Assembly: GCF_009914755.1 (NCBI RefSeq) | Contig: NC_060933.1 | Strand: one strand, 5' to 3' | Source: the human T2T-CHM13v2.0 reference genome, Homo sapiens | Length of the DNA: 64,000 nt | In this document: one piece after another, positions 27,247 through 43,289 of the stretch | Layout: each line of letters begins with the position of its first letter | Position numbering within the stretch: the stretch's first letter is position 1 | The notes under the pieces: generated by a model | Database searches by the model: none | What the model saw: the letters and a program-made list of their open reading frames with translations, nothing else | What the model was told of the DNA's origin: nothing | Position numbers and translations under genes: made by a program

Positions 27247-28599
27247 CAAGATTCTTGAATAAAGTTTTCTTTGCCCACTTAACGCCTTTCAGTACATTTT
27301 TTTTCTGTGACATATCATCCAGCCTGTTATATAATAAGTGCTCTAAACATACTAACTACTGTCATCATTTTATTCCACATGAAAATATTATTGTGTTTGC
27401 TTTTCAAATATTCTTCACAGACCGTGATTTCCAGCTAAAGGTCCCTGTCTTCTAAATGTTCTCCAAAACACTGCTGTCACTGAAAGTAAAGAGTCCATGA
27501 CTGAAAGCATTACTCAAAATGTCTCAGGGAAGAAGAGGAGAAAAAGACTAGTTCTGCTGCCCCACTTCTAAAGATTATATTTCAATAAATACATCCTGAG
27601 CCACATTACTATTTCTTAACTTCGAATGTATGGTCAACCACATTCCTAAAGCTATTTTTACATTTGTCACTACTCAGCCATGGTTTCCATGCTTTACACA
27701 CATTGATAGTGAGTAAATGGCTTTTTTGGAACTGCATCCAACTGCTTGCAATCACAGGCATCACAGAATCAATGTATAAATTCAGCACATAAAACTCTTC
27801 CTGTAAAAACAAGTTAAAAACTGAAAGGTGGAAAATATTTTATTTTAGACTGAGATGGACAATTAGAATGAGACTTAATTTTGTATTCAAACCAGAGATA
27901 GGCCCTTATGGTAATTCATTTTATTCTTCAGTAATATCCAAATCTTAATATAATTAAATCTAGAGGAAAAAATGGCTTGCTGTATTCTGAATTAGAGGTG
28001 AGTTGCCAGTGACACAAAGAGATAAAAGAACTCTCCTGAGATCCCATCAACTTCAAATTCTTACCTGCTTGACCTCAACATTTTCTCAACTTTTAAAGGT
28101 GGATAATAGTAACGTAATAGCACAGACACAATAATTAAATTCAATAATTTGTGTGAGTTATGTGTACTTATAATAAATGTTACTTTCATAAAAGATTATA
28201 TATATAAGATATATATCTATACGCCATAAACTTTAAAATATTTTTATTGAACTATAATTGGCATATTTAAAGTGGAAAAAAAATAAATGTCACTTTCTTC
28301 CCTCACCACAAAATAAGCCCTCTACCCGTGGTTCCTCTAAAAATACCTCACTTAAGGAATTGTGGTTAGACCTTATGTCAGGATTTCTAGTGTCATAACT
28401 CCTCGAATCACCTTTAGAAGGTAACTTTAACATTTAATTAAATTTATTAATAAGAGCTTTCTTTCAAAAACAACATGTGACAGTATAATAGATACACTTG
28501 TTAGCCTATAAACTAAACAACTAATAAACCAGTGCAGCGATAGGTACATGGATAAAACACGTGTGTGGGAGATAAATAGAGTGGAATACTTCTCATTGC

Positions 28600-30000
28600 A
28601 TTTATACAATGGAATATTGATTCCCATGTTTCTAATGTGAAGTCTGTGGTATTCTCAGTGCTGTCCCTTTGTATGGAATGTGTCTTTTTCCTTCTCCTGG
28701 CTACCTTTAAAATCTTTATTGCTTTTGTATTTATCATAACTTTTTCACAATTTGATTTTAATCAGCCTTGATAAGGGGTGTGTGTGTGTATGTGTGCAAG
28801 TGCAATTGTGTGATTTTTTAAATCATATTTTGTTCCCAGCCACAAGTAGTTCTCTCTTATACTTACACAGATCACCACTAAGTTTGAAAAATCATAAGGA
28901 ATTTTCCACTGACGTCATCCTCTTTCTCTATTTCTCTTTCTCTTTGAATCTACCTTCTCTCTAGGACTCTGCTATGCAAATGCTGCCTATTTCTACCTCC
29001 CTAAACTATAGTGTACATCTGCAATTCTAACAGAACACAGGCTTTTTTTGCACACTATCCACAAACAGTAAGCTAGGAAACCACAGGGCTCCACTCATTT
29101 TTATTCCATTTACCAAAGATCACAGTCCTACAGTACCTGTTGTCCAATGACTAAAAGCCTCTGTTTCACATATACTCTCCAGCTTCTAGTTGTGTAAGGG
29201 TGAATTTATATCCTCTTCCTCAATCGTGACAAGATGAATTTCACATTATCTATTATTTATGTATTTATTTTGAAACTTTTGCATTAGGTACATATATATT
29301 TAGGAATGCATGTCTTTTTGGCGACCTGACACCATTATTATTATTATGAAATACTCCTGTTTTTATACATATGGGCATTGCTTTTTCTTCAGTCTGCTTT
29401 TTCCGATACTAATATACTCACTACAGTTTTTTTATGCTTAGTAATTTACATAGAATGTGTCTTTCTAAGCTTTTAACCTAGCTATAATTTCAAAATATTA
29501 CTTAATATGAGTTTCCTGTGGGCAGCATATGTTTGTGCCTGGCCTTTTCATCAAGTTTGATTACCTCTGCCATTTAAATAAGATGATTAAACGACCATAA
29601 AATTTTGATTATCAGTATATTTGACTAAAGAGCTAGATAACCAATCTTTCTACAATCTTGATATTTGATTCCAATTTATTTTATCTGGTCTTTGCTCTAT
29701 TTTTTCTTTCCCACCTACTTTTGGATTGAGTACATTTGTAGTCTGTATTTTTAAACCTTACTGGCTGTAGCTAATTTCCTTTGTTTTAATTTTATTGACT
29801 TTTTTATACATTATAATATACATTTTTAACTTATCACAGTTCATGCCCAAATATTATGCCATAACACATATAAAATTAGAACTTTAGGAGACTGTACTTT
29901 CATTTATTCCTCCAATCTTTTCAATTGTTGGCATTTACTTCTATGTATGTTTAAAACAAACCACAAATGCATTATTATTATTTTCACTTTATCCTCTCAA
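28600..30000 (-). mobile_element. Old L1M fragments (ORF1/5' and endonuclease regions)
   Basis: GTGAAGTCTGTGGTATTCTC...GCTACCTTTAAAATC and TGAGTTTCCTGTGGGCAGCATAT resemble reverse L1M. Heavily decayed. Confidence 0.55.
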
Positions 30001-30009
30001 TTGTATCTT

Positions 30010-30715
30010 TTTAACAATAGACTTTAATTTTTACAGGAGTTTTAGACTAATGGCAATAATGAGTGGAAATTACAAGTCCCCCTATATTCCTGACTCCACA
30101 CCGGAACAGACTTCCTCACTATCAACAACCCACACTAGAGTGATACATTTATTACAATCCATGAATCAGTATTGACACACCATTATCAACTAAAGTCCAT
30201 AATATGTGTTAGGGCTTATATTTGGTATTGTACATTCTATGGGTCTGGACAAATGTATAATGATAAGCATGCACTGTTATAATAGCATACAGACTGGTTT
30301 CACATCTCCAAAAAGCCTCTGTATTCCACCTATTCGTCCATTCTTCCCTCCTAATCTCTGGCAACCATGGATCTTTTTATTGTCTCCATAGTTTTGCCTT
30401 TTCTATAATTTGATATGTTTTGCAAACAATAGATATATAGCCTTTTAAGGTTAGTTTATTTCACTCTTTTTCATAGATTTTACTTTGGTGTTCTATTAAA
30501 AAAGTCACTGTCAAACCTAATGTCATCTAGATTTTTTCCTGTTATCTTCTAGGAGTTACATAGTTTTGCATTTTATACTTAGGTCTATGATCCATTTGAG
30601 TTAGATTTTATGAAAGGTATAAGGTTTTTGTCTATGATTTTTTTTTTTGCAGGTGGATGTCCAGTTGTTTCAGCATCATTTGTGGAAAAGACTGTATTTT
30701 CTCTATTGTATTGGT
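30010..30715 (-). mobile_element. L1MC/MD 3' end
   Basis: AATAGACTTTAATTTTT...GATACATTTATTACAATCCATGAA...TGTACATTCTATGGGTCTGGACAAATGTATAATGA. Confidence 0.8.
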
Positions 30716-31239
30716 ATTTAGACCTTGCCTCTGGGCAGGAAGCTTTGGTAATCTTGGTGAGGAAGATCTTCATACAGGGTGGTAGTCAGGCATGGGGTAT
30801 TGGAGTCTGAAGCTATGGAGGAATAGCCGAAATTGTTCAATTCAGAGCCTGAAAAAGATCAGGAGGGAATCTATGTGGGAAGACGTAGTAGTGAAAGGGT
30901 GACATGGCTTCACAAGCCAAATTTCTGTACTTATTCTAGTCCAATGTTTGTAAACATAATTTTCCTCATATATTTTGTCAAATTTACCAGTAGTTTTAAG
31001 GTACAGTGCATGTCTTTTAGAAATTATTCCTTCAAGGACAGCAGCAGAAATCTCATTTATATTTTTCCATCCATTTCTATGTATTTTAAGCCATGAATTA
31101 ATAATGATACTGCCAGGGACAATCTAACAGTTTTATGTTTTTTGATATTTCTCTCTTCCACAGCATTGAGAAACCCGCCATTATCTTTAATATGTTAATT
31201 GACTTGATCCATCCTCCTGAATGTAACCAACCTTTTCTC

Positions 31240-32790
<1,551 letters not shown>

Positions 32791-35700
32791 CGGAGAGAAA
32801 ACCCCATGGTCGTATTTCAAGGCATCAAATTACATAATATAATCCAGGCAGAGTATACAGAGCTAGATGAATCACTGAATTGTATTTTGAGTCACTGTGT
32901 ATTTATCTCTCTTCTACTTCTAAATTTAAAAATTTCAAAAATCCACCAAGTTTTTATAGAAGTAAGGTGTAATGTTTGTCAGGAAACAAAGGGTGTGTGC
33001 TTTTAAAGAGCTTATTTTGATTGTTTAACTAAAGCTTATTTATACTTGCTGACAAATACAGTTGCTTAATAATTTAAGTAGGTTAAAGAAATCCATAGTT
33101 ATTTAAATTAAGTGACTATACATGTCTTTTTGTGCTTGTACTATAGAAAATTTACAATAAAAATTCCATATAGTAAATTAAGATCCAAGGGACTGTCTAT
33201 AATTGGGTGAATCTATTGATTCAAACTTGCTATGTGGGGGATAGATGAAAGGTTTATTGCAGTCTGTCTCATTCAAACACAACAAAGGCTAATAAAAATG
33301 AAAAGAATAATTAGTATTAGTAAATCCATATTTGTGGAAATATGATCAATAATTTTTTGAAATTCATCAAATTGACATGCCAAGTATAAAGCTAATTAAA
33401 ATTTGTGTAATATCTTACAATGGGGATAACTCACATATACCATATATATAGCAGGAAAATGTATCTATTGTATGGAAAGAGAGCCTATTGTCTATGTGCT
33501 CCCAGTGACTAACTGAGAAGAATAAGTTAATTATTTGAACCTCTTTATGCTTTCTTCCTTCCCTCAGAAGCAATTACAAGAGTACTACATTTTACACAGG
33601 AGACTTTCTTTGTTTCTGTCAAATATTAAGGCTACCAGAAACAAATGGAATTGTTAGCAGGATGATGGGAAATGTTCTGTTAGTTTTAAGAAGTGATGGT
33701 GTAAGCCATAATTGCAGAGACAATGAGTTATTTCTGGTGGAGTTTAGTACTGGATGATCCCGCAATGACAGTTTGCATTTTGTCTAATTGGGCAAGCAGA
33801 CTTGACATAATGTGGTTTATATTCAATTCCTTGTAACTCAATGGGTAGAAAGGAGAAACTTACAAATAGCTTTTGCTTCCACAAGTGTAGCCTGGTCTCT
33901 ATAAGATATGGATGGGCTCAGGGGTGGTTAAAGAAGTAGAATTAAATTTAGTGGGCATTATTGTCTAAGAGTCTTAAATTGTTTTCTTACATGTTGGAAA
34001 TTATTCATGAAATTGTTAGGTTTCTCTGCTGGAAGATAAAATAATCTCAGTTAAACTTAAATAAAATAAAATTAACATTTTTGAACATGTAATACATGTC
34101 AGATATGAAATAGAACATTTACATATATAATTTAAATTTATCTTCACATTTAAATCCAGTTTATAATCCATCAAAGGGATATAGGCAACAGCTGGCAAAT
34201 GCTAGCGCTGAAACTGTAACCCAGATATGGATGATTTCAAAAATACATTATTTTTTTAAAGAAGTATGTTGGTTAATTTTCTAACAAACTAGCATCCTCA
34301 ATTCGAACTTACAGTTGCACGTTTAGCAAATGAAAGGTTTTTGTCATAAAGGGGTTCATATTCTGCCCAACTTGTTTTCTTTAAAAATTTCAATGTTCAT
34401 TTCATATCAGTTACATCTAAATCTTCAAACTGCCATTGTGACTCATTGATCCACTCAATACAGTCAAAGCAGTGGGTAATTTATAAATATACATTACTAT
34501 AGAATTATGTCAATATTATATGCTTGGGCCATCCAGTTGCTCAAATTGAGTAGGAAAGTCAAATTAATTCCAATACCACTAGATAGATATTGCCTAGATG
34601 ACTTAAATTTCTTCCAAAACATTCATCTTTAATGTATATTGACTCAATTCTTTAATACCTACAGAAACTAGATACTCATTATCTTAGGTAGCAGACATAC
34701 TTGGATCTCTCTGGCATAAAACCCTGCCTTTACTTAAATGAAAATCTATATTTGAAATACTTATCTGAAACAGACATTAATCCCCTTGCTCATGACAGAC
34801 TTTCAAATACTGAAAAGATATACCTAATTCCCCTGTGAGACCACATTTTCTATTCTAAAATGCCATGCTGCCTTCCATAATTTGTCTTTTGAGATAGTTT
34901 AGAGTCCCTTCAATTCTTCATTTTTATCTGAATTAATTCCTTTTTTATATACCTGACATTGAACAAAACATTTGAGGAAATGTCATCCCCTTAATTCCCA
35001 CAGCTGGCAAATCATGTCATTTGTCACACACAATTATAAGTCCATTGAGAAACTTGTCATTTTGTAGTATCTACGGAATCTATTAAAGTATATATATATA
35101 TATTCATCTTTTTCACAGTTAACTGGCATATTACATATTTTAAAACATTACTGATTGTGTTACACTTTTAGTTAACAGTAAGAAACAAAATTATAGATGA
35201 CATAGATGAGTAGTTAATATGAATGTTTGCTCTCTAGGAGTTATATCAGCCAAGAATAAAAGTGTCACTTTATGCAAACATTATTTTGAAGCTGAGTTAG
35301 GTGAGCGAGTAATTTGTACGGTTTTCCTACAATATTTTCATCTTAGAGGTTCAATATGCTTTTCCCAATAATGATAAAATGGTTACATAGTTCAATAAAG
35401 AACTACTAAGGTCAAACCTCATATAATAAAGATACTCAAATTGTTCTTTTAAAGCTTCTTCTTCTTTTATGATTTTTATTTGTGCTAGGAATTTTAAATC
35501 AAAAACCAATTAAAATAAAATAAAATCCAATTTTACGGGCCATAGATATGATGCAATTTCATTTATCATTACAGAGACTCTCCACTTAGATCCCTTTTGC
35601 ACATTTCCTTCCAAGAAAATATCTTTTTCTCCAGCTGCATCAGTAAACTAAAGATGTAACATTGTTCAATTTTTCTTGTGTGTGCTTTGTTTTCACCTGA

Positions 35701-37239
35701 CATCAGGTGATGTCAGCTGTCAATCTGCAAGCTACAACGTGAACAAATTCTTGCCATACTGAATGTGTTGGCACAGTTATTGTAATGCCAATGAATGCTT
35801 TATCTGGAGAACACATTTTCTGAACACTTTGAAAATTAGTCCTTGTAAAATGTTTTTTTTCACATGTATTCTCATATGAAGCATTCTTGTAATTGTACTT
35901 ATTTAGTTCTTGTAAATGTACTTATTTAGTTCTAAAATTACTACTAATTTAAAATTAATGTAAGTATGTGGTCTTATAAATACTTAACCAAAATGTAAGT
36001 GATATATTAAAATTAATTTAGTTTTTTCTTCTGCAACAAAAGAATTAAAATATACATTTGCATATTAGCCCTGTCACACCTGATATTAAATATGACTCAA
36101 GGACCAAATATAAAAAGAAAAAATATACTAGGTTACATTATAAAGTTATATAAAACCTTGTGCTTTAGAATCTAACTAAATGCAATTCATATGTTATACA
36201 TATTAATAACATATTTCAAATATGAATAACAAAAGAGGAAAATAAAATATGTATTTAGAAAATGCACTCTTTGTTTCTTTTAGATATTGTTTTATCTGCC
36301 TATGTCCCCCCAATTAAAAGCATTTTTTGTTTTATTTTAACTTCAAAAACTTCTAAGTTATAAAACAAAGAAAACTTCAAAATGAGTGAATCACAGTGTG
36401 CGCCTCTCTCAACTGTTGTGGTATGACATAGTGACTATATCTGCAATTAAATTTCAGTCACAAAAATTGGCAGAATTAAGGGGATAGAGAGGAATGGAGT
36501 CCATGACAATCAACATGGTGAATGAAATTAAGTTTCTGGAAAGTGACAATCTACATAAAGGAAAATAAGTCAGGATAGATGACATTAAATATAGCTACAC
36601 CCTCTGACTCTCCCACATACTACTAAAGTGTGTATTTGAGTAGTTCAGAGTTAGAGGAAGATGATTTTCTGTTCTAATTCACTTTTATCTTTTCGTAACC
36701 ATGTTTCCCCATCCCCTCATCTCTCAAGGAGCATTATTCATTGCTGTTTATCCTACAGATTCTATTCTCATTGTTCTACTTCTTTCCTCAGTCTTTCTTA
36801 CTTCTCTCTCCAATTCTCCTACTTTTCTCTCTTCAATTCTCCTTCTGCTTCTCTTCCTTAACAAGACCAAAGTGGTGATTTGGCAGAGAAAATCTTTCAC
36901 TCTCTTTTATTTTACCTATGATATAATTAATCTAAAAGCTCACATAAAAATATATGTGAGTCTCAATGAATAGGTTCTTTCTTATTTTTGAGAGTGTATT
37001 ATGTCAGCTTTAAAGGTGCAGTTGAATAACAGCATCTGAGTCAGAATTTTTTAAAACAAAATAATTAAAATTACAATATGCTTTATGTCAAATTAATTAA
37101 ATTTTTAGGCACTTGAAAAATTTTTATGATTATCACTGCCAAGTGGTAATTATAAGCCACCAAGTAAAAAGAGATCAACAGGTGACCTCAGTAAACTGTA
37201 TTGAGGAGGGTAAAGGCCATGGTTAAAACATGACTCTAA

Positions 37240-37931
<692 letters not shown>

Positions 37932-39408
37932 TTAATATTAAATGAAGATATTATGTATTATCTACATAATTGTAAGCTAGTTATGGTGCTAAGTATAAAG
38001 TACCTTATAAAAATTGAAAAACACAACCAGCCATAGAGTATTCTGGTAATGAAAGAAAAGAAAGGCAGCCTCTATTTATTCCAAAATGTCTCTTTGTATG
38101 AAATCATATATATCTAGTGGTCATATTTGTAGCTTTAAACACACGAAAGACATTTTGGAAACACCTTCAGTACTTTCTTAAGTAACTTTTCTATTACTAA
38201 ATTCTGCTCACATCGTTGTGTCAAAACACAATTAGTTTTCTTTTATAGCCTTATGTCATGGTTTTTTACTTTTGTTCGGTCTTGTTCATTAGAATATAAG
38301 CTCCAAAAAATTGAAAAACATATCTCTTTAATTTGCCATTGTACATCCGGAAGATAACAAAAGGGGGAAAATGGACTAATGAAAGTAAAAGCATACACAC
38401 ATAGCCTAATTAAGTAATGGCTAATACCAGGCAATGTGAAATCACTCGAAATAAAAATGAAATGCAAATTAAAATATTAATGAAATACTTTGTTATCCAA
38501 TAGTAATTCTTTAGGTAGCTATTGTATGGTTGGAGGGAATAAACTTGCTTTCAAATACCAACCAAAAGATTCTTGAATATTAATTTAACCCTGGCAAAAA
38601 CAAACAGAAAGCCCAAAACATAAAAGGCACAAATACTTGCAACCCAGCTATTATCTAGGATTACTGTATTTCTTATCAGCTAGACTAAACACACATTTGA
38701 GGTCTTGTGGAAATAATAATGTCTTCTCCAAGATTTCTGTAAGTAAGTTATGATCAGATGGCCACCTGTGGCTCAGTTTCTTTTATTTATTTAATTCTTT
38801 CTCTGCTTTCTACTCTTCCCTTTTTAGTAACAATTTCAAGTGTCAGTAGCACCCCCTTGCCTTGAAATTTCCTAGGCCCTCAACAAAATCAAGCAAATAT
38901 AAATACAAAGAAACCCCACTTTTTTGCAAGTTTGTAATGATTTGTCAGTCATAAAAGAGGAGTTATGTTAATAAATCTTAAGTATTATTTAAAAAATATC
39001 TCTTTTCTGCAAAAGTCTTCAGAACTACATTTTCCACTGGCCATATGAAGCTCTGTTATGTTGCTGGCTCTTGTCTGCTGAGCTCCATTTTGATTGCATA
39101 TTTCCTGCATAGAACTTCCAAATGTGTTCTCATTTATTAGTCCCTAACAGTCTCAGCTGGAAGGCTACACTATTACAAAATGTTCAGTTAAGATAAATGT
39201 AGAAGACCTTGTACATCTTTTGCCAATAACAAGGGAAAGATTTTTTTTTCTCCTCTAAAATCATCTAGGATACAAAATAGTAATATTTTAAACCATTATT
39301 TCTCCTTTAGGTGATTTAAATAATTTTTAGTGTGGTACATGTGACCAAAAATTGTGAGACTTCTTATCTCAGCTCTGACCTTCATTAGCTATTGAATTTT
39401 AGGAAAGT

Positions 39409-39908
39409 TGTAGTAAGCAAAATAATGAACCCCTAAATATGCCCATGTTCAAATCCCTGGAACCTGTGAATATGTTACTTTACATGGAAAAGGGGGACTT
39501 TGCAGGTGCGATTAAAGACCTTGGGTTGAGGAGATATTCCTGGACTATTTTGGTGGGCCCAATGAAATCACATAAATCCTTAAAAAACCTTTTCTACCTA
39601 AAGTCAGAGTCAGAAAGGTATGTGATGTTAAAGTGATCAGAGAGATGCAGTGTTGCTGACTTTGAAGACAGGAAATAAAGGCTATAAGCCAAGGAATGTT
39701 ATTGACCTCTACAATCTAGAAAAGCAAATGAAACATATTCTCTTCTAGAGGTTCCTAAAAGGAACATAGTCAAACTGATGCCTTGATTTTACCACAGTGA
39801 AATCTGTGTTGGACTTCTCAAATACAGAACTGTAAGGTAGTAAGTTTGGGCTGTTTTAAGTTACCAAATTTGTAGTATATTTCACAGCAGTAATAAAAAA
39901 CCAATATA
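39409..39908 (+). mobile_element. MLT1D-like MaLR solo LTR inserted in a MIR
   Basis: TCCCTGGAACCTGTGAATATGTTAC...GACTTTGCAG...CAGAACTGTAAG. 5-bp TSD AAAGT (39404-39408, 39909-39913). MIR-like flanks. Confidence 0.88.
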
Positions 39909-40084
39909 AAAGTCACTTTTTCCTTAGTTCTTCTTCATGTAAAAAGGTAATTAGAATAAAACTCTTTACAAACAACTCAGATCTTGATTTGCTAATGAAT
40001 ATGCCTACAGTGGTAATTTTGGGAGATTAATCTTCATTATTTTCCTACGGAATAGGTGGGAACTGAAGAACCACCTATTAATAT

Positions 40085-40510
40085 TGTCAAAGAAAAATAA
40101 AAATGTGGGACCCCCAATTCACTATGCCAAAAGAAAACAGTTAAGCTGAAAGATGAATCATGAAAGATGCTGACCTTCCTTTTGTTCCTAAGCAGGTAAC
40201 TACAGATAAAAGGTTAAATACCTCCACAAATAGCTACTCTATGTTTACTTTATTTTGTGTCACGTGCTGATTTGCTTAGTGAGACAGGAATACGTAATTG
40301 ACTATCTCCTACCTGCTCCTTCTTTCTCCTTCAGCACACTTTTCGTCTTTAAATATTGAAGCCTCAAAATCATCTTTGGAGAAAGGGACAGACCACAGAC
40401 TCTTTTTGTGATTCCACATTTATTTTTTTCAGGTATGTCCTTAATCTTGGCAAAATAAACTTCTTAATTGATTAACACCTGTCTCAGACTTTTTTTTTTT
40501 TTGGTTTATA
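40085..40510 (+). mobile_element. MER4-group ERV1 solo LTR (LTR49/54/56-like)
   Basis: TGTCAAAGAAAAATAAAAATGTGGGACCCC...CTTGGCAAAATAAAC...CTGTCTCAGAC...GGTTTATA. 4-bp TSD ATAT (40081-40084, 40511-40514). Confidence 0.8.
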
Positions 40511-40549
40511 ATATAAACCCATAGTTATTCGCAGTTTTTACTCAAGAGT

Positions 40550-40929
40550 TGCTAGGGTCTGAAAGCGTCTCCCAAAATTCATGTGTTGGAAATGCAATCT
40601 CTGACAGTGTTAGGTGGTTGGCCTTTTGGGAGGTGTTTAGGTAATGAGGGTTTTGCCCTCACAAATGGATTAGTGCTGATATAAAAAGGGCTTGCAGAAG
40701 TGAGTTCCCTCTCCTCTGCTCTTCTACCATATAAGAATACAAAGTTCATACCCATCTTGCCCTTTCATATTCTGTCATGAGGGAACACAGCAAAAAGCAC
40801 TTCCCTAGATGCCAGCTCCTTGATCTTGGACTTCCCAGCCTCCAGAAGTGTAAGATAATAAATTTCTGTTTTTTATAAGTTACCCACTCTCTGATATTCT
40901 GTTATACTCACACAAAATAGACTAAGACA
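40550..40929 (+). mobile_element. MST (MSTC/D-like) MaLR solo LTR
   Basis: CCCAAAATTCATGTGTTGGAA...TTGATCTTGGACTTCCCAGCCTCCAGAA...GACTAAGACA. Confidence 0.85.
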
Positions 40930-42258
40930 GAACTCTATCTGAAATGTACTATATACCCAGGTACTTCCTGTAGGAGAATCACTGAGATCAGTAACCTCCA
41001 AACCAATATTTCCTACTCTAAAATAGCACAGGTTTTGTAAAAAGTTCGCTGACTATTATGTCCCTGTGAGATCTTCTCATAGTTGTCTATTGCTAAATTG
41101 GACCCTAACCATCTCACTCCTGCCTGAAAATTAGAAAACCAGATCCCTCTTTATGGGTTAGCAATGGATCTTAATACAAAAGAAACTGGGAATAAATTTC
41201 ATCAGTCATGACTTACTTGCCAGAAAAGTGGAAATACCCCATTTGTCCTTGACTTTCTGTGCTTGTGGGAAATACTTGTTATTATTATCTTTTGTTTCTT
41301 ATTAACACAGAACCAGAGGACTCTCCTTTCTCCAATCTTTCCAAGTATTCACTTGCCAGTTTTGAGTTAACTCTCAAGATATTTACAACATCCATCTCTT
41401 ACTTTTGTAGTTCTTTGAAGAAATTGATTCTCAAAAATAATTTACCCACCATAAAGATATGCATTTATAGCTTTTAAAACTACAAGCGTGGCCCCTTTGC
41501 TTCCCTGACCTGCTGTGGCTACACACATTTTCAATACATGTGATATAATCCAATGCATTTTGTGCTTCAGAAAGCAATTTTCATGCCAATAACACACCCA
41601 ATGAGCATGTTAATAACTTCTGTTAAGTTTAAAACAATTGTCAAGGAGTGTTATAAGGTGAATAACAAATAAACTTTGTATTCTGCCTTTTATAAACAGT
41701 TGAGCTTAGCAGCCTGGTCTTAATTCAGTTAAATCACAAAAAGTAAACGAAAAACTATACTCTCAAATAATTTACAAAGAGCATTTAAACTTACAATTAA
41801 AGCCCAGATTGCACTAAAACAGGCAATTTCCATTTTAAACCTTTTAGCCATTAATGTTTATTAACACATCTAGAATTGCATTCATTCCATTTACATTCTT
41901 TGTGTTAGGCACCAGAGAAAGAGTAAAAATAACATATTAAAGCTAACATTGTTGTGGAAGTTAGTGCCTAGATTTGGCTTCTATTCTTTCTATTCGGTTT
42001 TCAGTGTATTTGACCTAGGTGCTTGCATTAGGAGTAGACAATGTAACCTGATGCTACATCAGCTCCCTGGTTTGAAGTGGACTCTCCTGAATCAAACCTA
42101 CTTAGTTGGATTTAAGAGCTGGCATGTGGGGTTTATGAAAACACGCAGAACACAATAACTAAAGAGTGTGGTTCGAAAGAACAATCTCCAGGTAAAGTGG
42201 TAGGAACAGGGCCACTCTATAGAAACGCAATGGAAACTACTCTATTAAAAATAAGATA

Positions 42259-42625
<367 letters not shown>

Positions 42626-42778
42626 TCAACAACTATATACCTAGAATCTAAGATTTGCCAGACAGTAAAGTGCATGTAGGCAATGAAGATGTCAGAATTT
42701 TCTCAGCAATGATCATGGCATCAGACATCAGTGTGTTGATTAAAGGAAGATAATTGATATCAAGAACTCAGACATGAC

Positions 42779-43180
42779 AACACTTAAAATCTGTTATTAG
42801 CAATTTTTTAGAATACAACATATTTTATTAACTATTGTAACTACTTTGTACAACAGGTCTCTTGAATTTTTTTTCCTCTAGCTACCTGAAATTTTCTATC
42901 TTTAGATCAACATCTTTCCAAATACCCCCTTCCCCCCAACATCCAGCCTCTGAAAACCACTATTCTACTCTCTACTTCTATGATTCATCACAAAAAATAA
43001 TAACTATGTGAGGTAAAGCATTAATAATGCATTAATCAGTTTGATTTAGCCATTCCACAATGTGTGTGTATATATAATTGTTATATAAATATATATTAAA
43101 CATATTACGTATTTTAAGCATCATGTTGTACATGAAAAATACATAAACTTGTATTTGTCAATTAAGCAAATTAAACATGT
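42779..43180. mobile_element. L1MA (L1MA7-9-like) 3' fragment with 5' inversion
   Basis: ~42779-42984 is reverse L1MA 3'UTR; ~42985-43180 is the forward terminal 3'UTR. Confidence 0.75.
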
Positions 43181-43289
43181 AAGAATAGATAAAAGGAGCT
43201 TAGAGATACGGAAACACTGGAGTGGGGCCAAAACGCAGCTAAATTAATAATACATGGTAAAGCCTGAATAAATGAATTAAAGCAAAGTA

